NCBI GenBank assembly: GCA_003427395.1
Contig: BFEA01000015.1
Span: forward strand, 3,421,808-3,485,807
Direction: 5' to 3'
DNA from: Chara braunii
Taxonomy: Eukaryota > Plantae > Charophyceae
DNA: 64,000 nt
Shown here: one piece after another, positions 11,789-24,113 of the stretch
Numbering within the stretch: position 1 is the stretch's first letter
Layout of the letters: each line of letters starts with the position of its first letter
Made by a program: the position numbers and the translations under genes
Notes under the pieces: model-generated
What the model was told of the DNA's origin: nothing
The model's input: only the letters and a program-made list of their open reading frames with translations
Database searches by the model: none

Positions 11789-14700
11789 AGATTACCCTGG
11801 TCTGAAAGAGAAGAACACGGAAAGCAAGGGCACCCATGCAATTCACCAGGCCATCCCGATTCAACTCGTTTCGACCCCCGAAGTATTTTGCCGCAAAAAG
11901 TTGCGCGGCTGCAGAAAACAGTTCATCACAGGGTGGCCATCTGGCCCCCCCCACAGTCAAGGTTGCAGATGGTGCACTGAGCGCTAAACAAGCAGGAGTG
12001 GCGATGGGTGTCAATGTTAGGAATGTTGGAGCTAGAACTGATAGTATTTTATGCATCTATGCCCCAAACTCTGTTAGGGAGCGGAGGACCTTTCTCGGGA
12101 TCCTGGAGGCAAGAATCCTCGACGGGATTCCGTTGGTGATAGTAGGGGATTTCAACGCAGTCCCAGATAGGTGGACAGGCCGTTGGAGCCTGCTATCTTC
12201 CCCATCCCATGTAGCCGAGGAGGACGAGCAAATGATGGAAGACCTATGTAGCTCATTGTCAATTTGCCACTCTTCGACACCTTCCGCCGCGTTCATCTCA
12301 ATAATTGTACCTTTACATGCACTATGCGGCAAGGTAATCAAAATCACTCTTGTATCACCTATGTATGATACGTGATAACGACCCCGCAAGGCAATCAAAA
12401 TCACGCATTCATCTCATTCTCTCATCTAATGATATGGAAAGACCTCTTCGAACGGCAATCATCCTACCACTTCGTCCCCACCCTGGGCTTGATCACAAGA
12501 CATGCGGGGTGACCCTTATGATGCGAAAGCGGCCCGATTGAGGGTCAGGTTTCCACAAGCTGGACACATCCCTACTCCTTGATGTACGGCTATAGTCCCT
12601 GATCAAGGCAGAGTGGTCCTTCTGGCAGCGACAAAAGCCCAGTTTCGACTCCTTAGTGACATGATGGTTCAATAATGGTCTTTTCTACCTTGCAAAGAAG
12701 TGCAAGGAGTTCTCCAAGGAACATGCGCCCCAAAGAAACTACCATGAGAAAGAACTTCACAGTGAATTCCACAACCGGGAACAACAGGTAGAACTGCAGG
12801 TCAATCCACAAAATCGAGGGCAAACTAACTAAGTTTAAAAACAAAGCTTCTATAGACACTCGTTTTTTCAGCTTGGCTACAACAAAGATTGGGCGTACAG
12901 TGATCGTGGCCCTTTTTCACTTGGAGGAGGGAAGGGATAGCTTAGCCATCTCAACAACCCACTGTACATGAGTCACTATAACCTTTTTAAAAAACCTCTA
13001 GACATCTCAGATTGCGGATCCATAGGATAAGGCTAGGATGAGAGACCTGCATGATTTTCTTAGGCCAATGACGACAGCCCTGTCGAGGCAACAAAAAGAA
13101 AGTTTGGACACCCCACTTACCAAGGGTGAAATATGGATGGCGCTGCTCCAGATGGAGAAAAGAAAGACCCTCGGGATTGAGGGCTTCCAAAAGGAATTTT
13201 GGGAAACCTTGTGGCCCACCCTGAGCGTGGACTTGTGGAGCTACTATCAAAAGGTATGGGAGGAAGGGGACATGGGGGGGNACCGGGCTTGTATCCAGCG
13301 GCCTAGCTCAGTTAGTAAGGCACGCAAGTGGCATTCAGGAGGCCTTGGGTTCAATCCCCATTGGCCTCATGTACCTCTGTCTCTTATACACATCTAGATG
13401 TGTATAAGAGACAGCTATAGGCCCATCACCCTTTTGACGGTAGTCTACAAGATGCTTACCAAAGACTTGGCAAACCGAATGACCAAGGTTTTAAAGGGCG
13501 TTATACACCCGGCTCGGACTGGTTTTTTGCATAATAGAAGAAAAACATTCTGATGGTAAATGAAATGGTCAGCCTGGGTAGGTGACAAAAGAGGAATGTA
13601 GGTATCATCTTTAACGATTTCGGAAAAATCTATGACCATGTTGACTGACAGTTCCTATACAGGGGTACAAAAAAAATGAATTTTGGCCTTGTCTTTTGCA
13701 GATGGATAAGCATCTTGCACAAAAATGTCAACACTTGCATCTAGGTCAACGACATGATGCCCCCCCCCCGTTCCCGCTGCAGCGGTCGCGACGTCATGCA
13801 AGTGGCCCCGATCGCCCCTTACCTCTTCCTTATTATAATAGAGGCCTTATCGGCCAACCTGCGAAGCAACAAAGATATAAAACACGTTGAGGTGGACGGT
13901 ATCCCAGAGGAGGCGGTCCCAGTCTGCTCCCTATTCACGGACGGCCTAACAATCTTGGTGGAAGCAAGCACACAAAACCTAGAGAAGATTCATACCTTGA
14001 TGGATAGGTTTTGCCGTTTATCAGATATGACGGTGAATTGAGGCAAAATAACGGTGGGATGGCGGTTTCATCATCAGGGTGGCAGATCGCCCGAAAGACC
14101 ACAGATTACATGGCTACCTCTCGAGGCCCCGCTGCGGGTTGTGCGTGCATCCCTATCAACAAAATGTAAGACCGGGTCCAATGATGAATGAATAACTAGC
14201 GCAGCGAGGTCCAAATTACTCAACTGGAATGGGAACCACACTTCAATTTTTGGACGGAAAATCCCCAGGCTATATAAGGATGGTGGAGTCGAAGAGGAAT
14301 TGTGAGTGTGCCTACTTAACACATGGAGGAAACTGCCAATCCCAGACATGCCACCCCTTGATCAGTGGAAGGAGATCTCTAGGCAGCCGCTGTTCGGGAA
14401 TAGATGGATCACAGACATCCACGGCCAGGTCAGGCGCAACTCAACCTTCCCATGGAAAGGGTGGGTCAAGCATGGGGCACTCCGAGTGGGGGACCTGTGG
14501 GACATAGAGGCTGGGGAATGGGAGAGTGCAGATAGGATGAAACAATGGTTGAGGTATTGTCATCGCATAGAAGAAGTTATAGGGACATTGATTGAGAGCA
14601 TCTCTTTGGCATGGTACATCATTTTAAAAAGGGGCTTGGTACTGAAGGAAGGAGACTGGGTGGGGCTCCCTGGGGACCCGGGTTCAGTTGGAATGGTGCA

Positions 14701-15320
14701 TATGGTGGGTGGCAACGAGGTGCTGGTCGAGAGATATATGTTGTGAGAGAGGATGTCCTAATAGGGAGTAGGCAACCATTTTTCTGGGTCCACAAAGTGG
14801 AGGTTTTTCTTATCAGGGTCATGCATATCGTGGGGAAACAAAGGGTCTTTTGGTCATTGACACCAATAGCAGACCTGACCATCGACCCTAGGGAATGGTA
14901 GTGGAACCTGGGGGGGGTAAGGGGAAGGAGAGCAAGGACTGCACAACGACCCATGAGCTATACGGAGACTCAAAAGAGAATTGCGGAACACAATCTGCGA
15001 CAGATGGCAGCGTCACCTCAATGTGGATCGAACCACCATGCATCTCATTCAGTGGTTTCACGAATCTAAACTACGGTCAGCCAAGATCTCATCACTACAG
15101 TGGCAAGTGGCCCACGGATGCCTCCCAACAAATGATTGGTTGATCGATCACACGAGGTTAGAGCAAGAGGGACGAGCACTTCTCTGGTGCGTAAAATGTT
15201 TGCGGAGCTATAATTCGCGAAAGAGGATCGAAACCATAGAGTACCTCTTCCTGCAGTGCCCTTCGTCGGTATTATTGTGGCGATGGTGGGACAGGATATG
15301 GCGGCAGATGGTCCCCTGCA
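11789..15320 (+). mobile_element. Decayed L1/Tx1-type LINE ORF2 (APE-RT-zinc finger), truncated at both ends
   Basis: APE: GVA, IYAPN, IVGDFNA, LDH; RT: GIEGFQKEFW, IAPYLFLIIIEAL, LFTDG; C-terminal WCVKC...ETIEYLFLQC. Confidence 0.92.
13377..13414. other. Nextera mate-pair junction adapter (assembly artefact)
   Basis: Exact CTGTCTCTTATACACATCT+AGATGTGTATAAGAGACAG. Confidence 0.99.
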
Positions 15321-17619
15321 TGTGACGCTCAAAACCTCACGCCCTGCGCTGCTTCCCGGTCGGGGTGTTTTGGCTTGCGGAAGGGGTGCCCAGGGAAAGG
15401 CAGCAAAGATGGGGTGTGACAAGGATTTTTGGAAAGATGAGTGCGGGGACACAGACAAAACTGAATCCCCCGCGTTGATCCGACGGTAGTAAGAAGAAGT
15501 TTCATCACCTCGTGGGTTTTAAGGGAGAAAAAGGCGCGCGAGAGACTTGTAGCTATGGGAAATTCAATCTAAAAAGTATCACTGGACTTCCCAGCGAACC
15601 GTCGCTCTTCATTTCGCGTGAAAGGGGGCGGGCACACACGTGGTATCCCATTTTCGGATGAGGTCTTGTCGGCGCTTGTTACACAACTTCGAGTCCGACG
15701 TGGAGGGCCTCAACCGAGTAGCCTTTTCTTTGTGCTCGTCCTCGCCACGTGTACGATAGTGGAACCCCTTGGCCTGATAATGCTCGAAGCGACGACAATC
15801 GCTGCACTCAGTGTTAGGCCAATGAGGCTCCACTGTCGTCCACCGGTCGGTGATCAATTCGTTAAATGGCAATAACAACGAATATGGCAGAAAGTTTGTA
15901 TCAATGATAATAAAGCCCGCACCCATGAATCCATAACACCGAGTTTCGGGAGGAAAGTAATATCGCCCTCCGATCTTGGCGACGGCTTCTCGTACGTCCC
16001 ACTCACATACACGTATCCTTTTCTCGTTGTACGGGAAGGGGCGTGGCGGGGGCACGGAAAGTTGGCGCCCGGTCGGATTGGGGCCGTCAGTCCACACGGC
16101 ATCAAAGGTAAGCTTAAAACAGATCTTAATCATACATCATTCGGCTGACACTCCAGGCAACCCGATCATTCAGTCGATCAACCAATTGTCCTTACAATCA
16201 TGCCATAACAAACGACTCACCGCATGTACATGCCGAAGTGAGAGAAGCAAGGTTACCATAATTCATCCATTACGATATAACGGGACCGGAGGAGAGAAAG
16301 AGAGAGAATACGGACGCAGACCAAGAGGGAAGAACGAGTAGAAAGCAATCACAGAATGTCAGGCAATCTTTCCCAGGGGAGTTCTGGCTTAAAAGCCGAT
16401 CGGTCGAAATTTACACTCGAAGATACAAATTTTGGGACAAAGAAAGAGGGAAACACTTCTGCCATAAAATTCCACCATAGCCCCAGGCCATACACTCACT
16501 CACTTCCAACTCGAACGTCTCACTTGCACTGACGATTCCGACCGTCACGTGCCAACCCACCATCGTGATCATCAACCTGCCGACTTAGTCAATGCACGGC
16601 CCTGCTCGGATCCTACAGTCTGTCGGGCGATCCAGCATGCCGAGTGCTAGAACTACAACCAGCTCGTCGGGAGTTTTCGACTCGCACCTTCCTTCATACC
16701 ACCCAGCCATAGCTTCTCAGAAGTGGGTTGATGAGTGGAGAGAGAGATTTTCGGGAGCGCTTGCGGAATTTATAGCTGCAGAAAGGAAGATAGATGCTAG
16801 GAAGGGTTACGACTGAGACAGGGAGGAGTAGGGAAAGGTTGAGGGATTGCCCGACGAAAGCCATGTCGATCATTTGGATCCCAGCTACAGCCAATAAGAA
16901 TCATCATGTGTCAGGAATTTCCTCCTTACACGGCACGTCTCCTTGGCTAGGGGAAGTGAAAGAGGGTCGACAGGGTATTTCGACACGGGGATCAGAGCGG
17001 GAAGAAAAAGAGAGCGGAGAATAGCATGAAACTAAACCAAGATTCAGACGATCAAGAAGGAGAGAAAAGGCGCGCAAGGTCGAAGGAGAGATGAAAAACA
17101 GTTACGGAGAGAGAAGAAGGGTGAGCGCAGAGAAGAGAGTGTCGAAGGCAGCGTGGGAAGCGGGGAGGGGAGGCTTGCATGCATGACGCCGACGCGGAGG
17201 CAAAAAGGGCTCCAAAACAGTTACAACTAATTTAAATTAAAAAGTGTCATATCTGCGCGGTAGAGCAAGCGCAGAAGAAAATCCTATACCTATTCAGGTT
17301 CCTACGAAAATTCCTAGAGCTTTCCGAGACGAAGTTGAGAACATTCAAGCGCAAGAAACGACACGTCAGATTCCTCTCATTCCGGAATTCCTAACCGTCG
17401 ACCCAAATTCCTAGCACGCTCGCTAAGGCGCGTGTAATTCCCATGTAATTCCCAAATTTGCAAAAGATAAATTTTTGAAAGTGATTCGACGGTCCCGCAT
17501 ATTACATTCATGAACATACAAAAAGAAGCCTCATCGGGCTGTCACCCAAAATTCGAGAAAGAGGAGGGGGGGGGGGGGCCGACAGAAGGTGGTGCACGAA
17601 CGAAAGATAGCGCATCACA
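15321..17619 (-). mobile_element. LTR-like unit B (solo leader or 3' LTR-like copy)
   Basis: Termini TGTGACGC...GCATCACA; collinear with 20242-23020. Confidence 0.88.
15609..16133 (-). CDS. Conserved unknown Cys/Trp-rich protein (174 aa) encoded inside the LTR-like unit
   Basis: Uninterrupted ORF; homologues at ~20510-21010 and ~9780-10320, with many synonymous differences from the 20.5-kb copy. Confidence 0.75.
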   Translation of the reverse strand: MIKICFKLTFDAVWTDGPNPTGRQLSVPPPRPFPYNEKRIRVCEWDVREAVAKIGGRYYFPPETRCYGFMGAGFIIIDTNFLPYSLLLPFNELITDRWTTVEPHWPNTECSDCRRFEHYQAKGFHYRTRGEDEHKEKATRLRPSTSDSKLCNKRRQDLIRKWDTTCVPAPFHAK

Positions 17620-17699
17620 TATGTGACGCTCAGAGGGTTCCAAAACTATGCGATCTCCTGATTGCATGGAGGAGAGTTATGGCGAAGGAGATCGAAGAT

Positions 17700-20150
17700 A
17701 GTTAGGAGATGAATGAGGAACCCAGCGTATCAGGATGGTGTACAAGCGTCCTAGTCGACCGACGTTGACTCACGTTTGGGACCTCAGCCCCCCAGTGTGT
17801 CGATTCGCGTGCGGGTTCGATTTTTGGGCATTCGACCGCACGTACCCCCTATGCTACAACGAACGAGAAATGCCCTCGGCTGGGCCACCTTTGCAATTGC
17901 ATACGAAAAACCTTCGCATGTGGTTCAGTAGCTCGACGGGGATACGTCCACCCAAGGGATGGTGACAGCTCCCGCAGGTGGAGGTAAGCGGTGCCTCGCG
18001 TGACCCTGTCCTGTCGTAGGGGCTTGCGAGAGGTATGGCTGGCGCACTCGGTCGAAGCGGCAAACGCTCTCCGTGACAAGTCCTGCAAAATCCTGCGTGA
18101 CGCGGTTGGGAGGGTCTCCGTGCGAGACCGATGCGCTCGACACTAGGATGTTTCTTCGGCGATCGAGTAGGGACTCGTAGAGGGAGTGTTTGAGGTTTCC
18201 CTCCCGTATGGGTGAGAACGAGTTGTTTAGAATCGAAATGGATCCGTGCGCCGACCACCATCGCCCAGGGCAGTCCTAATAGTATCAAATATAAATGTAC
18301 GTCGATATTTTATGTGTTAACCAGCATATGTACCCGACCCACCTTGATCGCAACGTTCTCAATGATCCCTACGATATTCATGGCCTCTTCATCGGCCGAG
18401 ACATAATTGTCCTTCCCTGGTAGAGGAAGGATAGAGTTCAATCGTCCAGTCTTCCTGACTGTGTTCAGGGAGATAGCTACGGCTGATGATCCAGTGTCAA
18501 TAAGCGCATCGAACGGTTTACCCCAGACTTCGCAATCACATTCCGCACTTTTCCATAGGACCGATCGGACAGGTACAAAATGATCTTTCTCGGCGTAAGA
18601 AATAGCGGCGATTCTCACCATTTCAGGTGCGCTAGACTCGATCGCAGGGGGAGGACTTGTCTTGCTCTCATCTTTTTTTTTTTTTTTCAGCATACGCTGA
18701 ACGCGCTGGTAGGTAAAGCGCTTTTGATTCTTCTGGCATTGCTGCAGGAGTTTGTCATTTGCAACTTCGGATATGGTCAGCAAGTGTCCTACGGGGACCG
18801 ACTTTCGGATGTCCAATTGTTTGAGTGTATGTAGGACATCGATCTCTCCTGTTTGAAACTGTAGTCCTGGTTCCGATGTGCATTTGACCCAATCGAGTTC
18901 GTCTTTGGCAGCTCGGATCGCTCAGATCAGTCCGGCCAATTGAAGGTATTCGGTTGGACCAACGATATCTGCGGCCCCGGAAGAGGATCTCGATGTAGAT
19001 GCGTCCTGATCGGTTGAGGGTGGTTGATCGGCGACGGAGGGTGAAACTTCCCTTGCGTGTTCTAATACTGCGGCCACCCGACCTTGATTCAAGGCCACGG
19101 GCGCGGCCGCAGGGGGTGGCTGATTACGTTTCAGTTGAGGGCATTCTCGCGCAAAGTGTCATGGTTGTTTACAGTTGTAGCATTCAATCCTCCCTGCTGG
19201 TCACGGTTAGCCATATGAAGAGGAGCGGCAGGAGGGGCTGGTCCCCCTGCGGGAGGGGCAGTAAGCAACGGGTACTGAGTGGGGATGGGGCGGGGAGGGC
19301 TGGAATTAGCCTTTACTAGTTTCGTCATAATCTGTTCCAGTCGATCCATCTAAGAAGCCTGCATCTGGAGCAGGTTATTCATCCACTCGGACTGTTCAGT
19401 CGTAGCGGTATGGATCACCTGGGCCAGATGCAAGTTGGTAATGGGTACTGATGCGGCATCTTGGGCCATGACCGTGCTTACAGGCGCCACTTTGGGAGGA
19501 AGAGGAGGTTTCGCTAGAGGCAGGGAGTGATACGGGGAGGAATCCGGGGCGGGGCCATCCTGGTAGTCATGATCGGGACGAGGGTAGAATCGTCCCACCG
19601 CTCTGAGCCATGACCGTTTCTTGGTCGCCACGTCCTGGATCGTGTCCGAAATGTCTTCTTCTCCCTGACTAATATACTTACTCGTGTCCAGCAGATCTAG
19701 CTCAAGGGCTTTAGCTATGATGCCGGACAATTGGTTTGTCTTGGGAGGGGCTTTTTTCTGCAACTTCGCCTTCAACACGGGATTGCGGAGACGATCGATG
19801 AACAGATCTCGGGCAGCATTTTCTTCCCGTCCCAATTTATCCAGGGCGGTCTGAAAACGATCTACAAAGTCAGGTAGCAATTCCCCTGGTTCTTGCGGAC
19901 GGGTTTTCAGTACGAACCATGCAGCATCTTCGCTGACCACGTCAAATCGCGCTAGGAACGCTCTCTTAAAAGTATCCCAATCTACCCATCGGTGCCTTCT
20001 GAATCAATTATGCGCGGTGTTTCGGAGTAACAGGGTGATGGTGCGGGGAAGATCCTCGACGCCATAACCCTGTGCTTGCACGGCTTCAAGCCATGCCTCT
20101 GGATGAGTGTAGTTAGGATAGAAGGGAAAGGTAGCGGGGATGCTTACCAT
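17700..20150 (-). pseudogene. gag-protease polyprotein with Cys-rich C-terminus
   Basis: QEPGELLPDFVDRF (gag); VPVGHLLTISE and WKSAECDCEVWGKPFDALIDTGS (protease, homologous to 7337-8113); ILLGLPW; then CRTC/CGSC/CNC. Confidence 0.85.
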
Positions 20151-20225
20151 CACACAGAGGCGATTAGATTGTTTAGCTGATCTTCCTCTCGCCAGCTCGT
20201 CTCACTAACGTCAGAACCAACACGT

Positions 20226-20241
20226 GTCGGCTCCGATACCA
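20226..20241 (-). promoter_or_regulatory. Primer-binding site for initiator tRNA-Met
   Basis: Minus strand TGGTATCGGAGCCGAC, identical to 9551-9566. Confidence 0.9.
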
Positions 20242-20509
20242 ACCTCACGCCCTGCGCTGTCTTTGGTTTGGAGTGTTAAAGGTGCGGAAAGAAGGCCCCG
20301 AAAAACAGCAAGATGGCGTGTGCCAAGGATTTTTGGGAAATTGAGTGTGGGGACACAGACAAAACTGGAATCCCCCGTGTTGGTCTGATGAAGTGAGAGA
20401 ACTGGTCGGTTGCAACACGGGTTTCGAAGAAGCACGCACGCGAGATTTGTGACGCGGGGAACTTTGAATTAAATCTAGAAAATACCGTCGGACCCCACCG
20501 AGCCACGGC

Positions 20510-21010
20510 TCTTCGTTTAGGGTGAAAGGGAGCGGGCACGTGCTTAGTATCCCACTTTCGGACTAGCTCCCGACGCCGCACGCTGCACAATTTCGAATAT
20601 GACGTGGACGGCCTTAATCGCGTGGCCCTTTCCTTGTGCTCATCCTCATCTCGTGCTCGGTAATGGAATCCCTTTGATTGGTAGTGATCAAAGCATTGGT
20701 AATCACTACACAGAGTGTTAGGCCAATGGGGCGCCAGTGCCGACCACAGGATGACGATCAACTCGTTGAATGGTAATAGTAACGAGTACGGCGGAAAATG
20801 CGTATCGATAATGACAAACCCGACGCCGACAAACCCAGAACACCGATTTTCAGGAGGGGAGTAATATCACCCACCGATCTTTGCGACGGCTTCTCGTACG
20901 TCCCACTCACACACACGCGTCCTTTCCTCATTATACGGGAAGGGGCGAGGTGGGGATACGGGAGACCGGCGCCTAGTCGGGTTGAGCCCGTCAGTCCACA
21001 TGGCAATCAA
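20510..21010 (-). pseudogene. Second copy of the leader-encoded protein (one CGA>TGA stop)
   Basis: WTDGLNPT..PPRPFPYNEERTRVCEWDVREAVAKIGG*YY...PHWPNTLCSD...KGFHYR..LRPSTS..KWDTKHVPAPFH. Confidence 0.85.
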
Positions 21011-23832
21011 TCAGGCGCCCAAAATATCCTCAATCATTCATCGTAAATCCAGAGTCGAGAAATGTATAACTTATCGATCAACCAGAAAGACAGCGTCAAA
21101 ATTCCAAAAGAAAACGAAGAAGGAAAGGAAATTTCAGAGAGAGGGAGAGACGAAGACTCGTGTATGGTGGGGTGCGGCCACTGTTACGTGTATCAGTTGC
21201 ACGTGGTTTTGAAATCCCTCATTATTTTACGAGGGTATGCTGCATATGCTGCGCTGTATAAGGCAGATGGCATGTGCATTGTGTCCTGAATCACAACATC
21301 AACGGATCCAAACACTCTTGCATCCTCGAACAGAATCCCAACAACATTGCCTCTGTCATCGATTCGTTGGATAGTGTCCTAATCAAAACGAGTTTCGTGT
21401 CCGTGTGCATACATTCACTGTGGAAGGTGCGAAAGGCGGTTGTCATGCAATGCTCCTGCCCTATTGTGCCAAAAGCGAGTAATCACAATCCATTTCGGTG
21501 GTTGTTACACGCGCATCCATCATTCACAAGACAAGGTGATCAAATCTCAGCAAGTCCGAGGATTACCCAGGAAACTAATGGAAGAGTTCCGGAAGAAGGT
21601 CTTCCGAGTATACATTCACAAGTGCTTATTCCATCACAAACCGAAGAGATCGACTCTCATACATGATTATTCACATCAGCGAGAGACGAGAAGGAGAGAG
21701 AAAGAGAGACATGCGAGAATATCACGCCAGGAGGGAGAGGTCACACTGAGATCTGGGAATGCAAGAGAAGGTTCGGCTTTACCGTTGTAAGCTCACACTA
21801 AAGAATGGATTCACAACAAGGGGGCGTACTCGCCGTCAAATTCCAACATGGTCCCGGGCCAATCATCCACTGAACTCGAATCACTCGTCTTCATTCGTGC
21901 ACCGACGATCCCGGCCGTCGCGTGTCACCATCCAATACTGCAATCGTCACCCCGCCACTCTAGCCTCGACGTGGCTTGCCCGGATCCCACAGTTCGTCGT
22001 GGCGATCTAACGCACAGCCAGCCAGTCTACAGTCGGCTCATCAGGACTGTTCTCTCGCCCTATACACACATCATCTAGCCACTGCTTCCCGAAAGTTGGC
22101 TGAGGAGTTGAGAGAGAGATTTGTTGGGGCGCCAACGGAATTTATAGTTGCGAGAAGGGAGAGAGACGAGAGGAAAGACAAAGAGTGAGGTAGAGGAGGG
22201 TAAAGGAGGGCTTGAGAGTAATCGCCCGTCGAAAGCCATGTTGATCCCCCTCAACTCGATCTCAGCCAATCTGAATCGTCGCGCAGTAAGAACTTACACA
22301 ACGCTTCTCCTTGGCTAGATGGGGAGAGAGGATCGACTGGGTTTTCGAGCGCGGATCTTAGAACGGGAAGAAGAGGAGTGTGAAGGATAGAGCGAAACGG
22401 GTCCAAGATTCAGATGATCAAGAAATAGAAAAAGGGCGCGCGCTGGGAAGGAGAGGGAAAAGCAGTTACAGGGGGAGGGAGCGAGAAAGCATGTGCGCGC
22501 GAAGGGAGGCGTTGAGAGGGGCGCAGGGAGGAAGGAGGAGGGAGCTTGCTTGCATGGCGCCAGTCGGCAAAAGGAGAATGGGCACCGAAACAGTTGCAGT
22601 TTTTCCTAATCCTATGCTAATTCAAAAATTGAAAGTACCAAATCCGCGCGCAAAGCAGGCGCGGGAAAGAAAGAAAGTCCTCCGTCCATCCATATTCCTA
22701 CAAGAATTCCACAGTTTTCCAGGTCGAGGCCGAGAACATTCGCGCGCGAAAGGTCGCGTGGTGTTCCGTTAATTCCGGAATTCCTAACTGTCGAGCCAAA
22801 TTCCGAGCGCGCTCGCTAAGGCGCGCGAAATTCCCATGCATTTTCAACAAAAAAAAAAGAATTGACAGATTTCAACGAGGTACCTTTAATCGAGCAAAAA
22901 CAGAGGGAGGGGGAGGGGGGGGTTCTCGGGGGTCGAACAAGACACATCTGGATGCAGAGAAATGACGGGGGAGAGAAGGGGTCCAAAAGTTGGCGCACGT
23001 CCGGAAGCTGGTTCGTCACAGACCACCCGGTGGTGGAGGAGGACGTTCGAAAAAGGTGACTTTCACGCCTCTCCGAGAATTCAAAGAAGGCATACATTCG
23101 TCTGACACTTCTGGTGCTTTGACGCTTGCGTGGCGATGGCCAAATGAACAAACAGTGGTGCCCTTTTCTTTGTCTTTTTCTGTGGTAAGGCCCTTGATCA
23201 GATGATTTGGAGGCCTCTGAAGAGCGGCCCTGCTGGCAGTAGTGGGGGGATTTGTTCGCAATGAACGAAAGAAAGGAAAGTATAGAGAAGGAAGACCGGG
23301 AAAAAGGAACAACCCTGAAAAGATCTTTGTGCATCATTCCGGTGTGTGCCGGCTTATGACTGGCCCAGACCAGTGGCGGTTGCACTTATGCAGATTCTTC
23401 CTCCCCTTTCCTTGCCGTAGATCTCTGCCTAATCTGCCATCAGATATGAAGAACCCTCCCTCCTTTTTTTTCCTTCTTTTTCTTTTTGAAGAGCCCTACC
23501 CCGTAGTGCCAGAACGGAAGGTGCATGCAACCCCCCCCCCCCCCCCCCCCCCCCCACCACCAAAAAAAAAAAAAAGGAAAGAACGGAAGGTGCAGAGAAG
23601 AGCAAAGGAACAAAAACAGAAACCAAAAGTACAGAGTGTTTTACCGAGCAGACTGTGGGGATCCCGGCCCCAAAATCTCGAATCCCATGTGTTTTTCTGT
23701 TTAAAAAAAAAACAAAAAGCGTACAGAGTTCAAACAAACCATCACAGTCCAGGCTTCGGCTGGGACTTTGGAGGATGTACCTGAGCACAAATGATGGCCA
23801 GATGCGTCCCAAAAGGGGAAACTACGCGGGAG

Positions 23833-23994
23833 TCGCAAAAAAAGAGTTATAATTGCAGTATGGGCGAAGATATACAGTATCCAATTGCAGTTGGGTTAAT
23901 GTATACAACCGAGCTTTATGGCCAGGTAGGGTGCTCGAAGTGCAATTGCAAACTGTATCTTGCCCCATACTGCAATCATAACTCGTTTTTGTGA
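23833..23994. mobile_element. MITE family a (foldback, ~160 bp)
   Basis: TIR GAGTTATAATTGCAGTATGGG...CCCATACTGCAATCATAACTC; inverted copy at 39003-39164. Confidence 0.8.
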
Positions 23995-24025
23995 TGCTGC
24001 TGAAGCTGCCCCCTTACTAGACTAG

Positions 24026-24113
24026 TCCCCCGAATACAACGCACGGTCATCATAGCTGTATCGAGACTGACGGATGGCCCAAATACACGTGCGTTGTATT
24101 CGGGTGAAGAAGG
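24026..24113. mobile_element. MITE family b, internally deleted copy
   Basis: CCCGAATACAACGCACG...CGTGCGTTGTATTCGGG; matches 38308-38418. Confidence 0.75.

Larger units (their letters stand above)
17622..23020 (-). mobile_element. Non-autonomous gypsy-type element 2 (leader-PBS-gag-PR-Cys-rich tail; no RT/RH/IN)
   Basis: Termini TGTGACG(17622)...CGTCACA(23020); PBS 20226-20241; gag and protease motifs. Confidence 0.85.

Noticed and set aside
13282-13376. SINE insertion in LINE RT
   Set aside because: Bounded by an N and an adapter, and identical to 24497-24591 including non-SINE flank.
23021-23050. Resumption of the LINE interrupted at 15320 (GACCACCCG = DHP)
   Set aside because: Only three codons match the expected DHPWPWDW, and there is no TSD.
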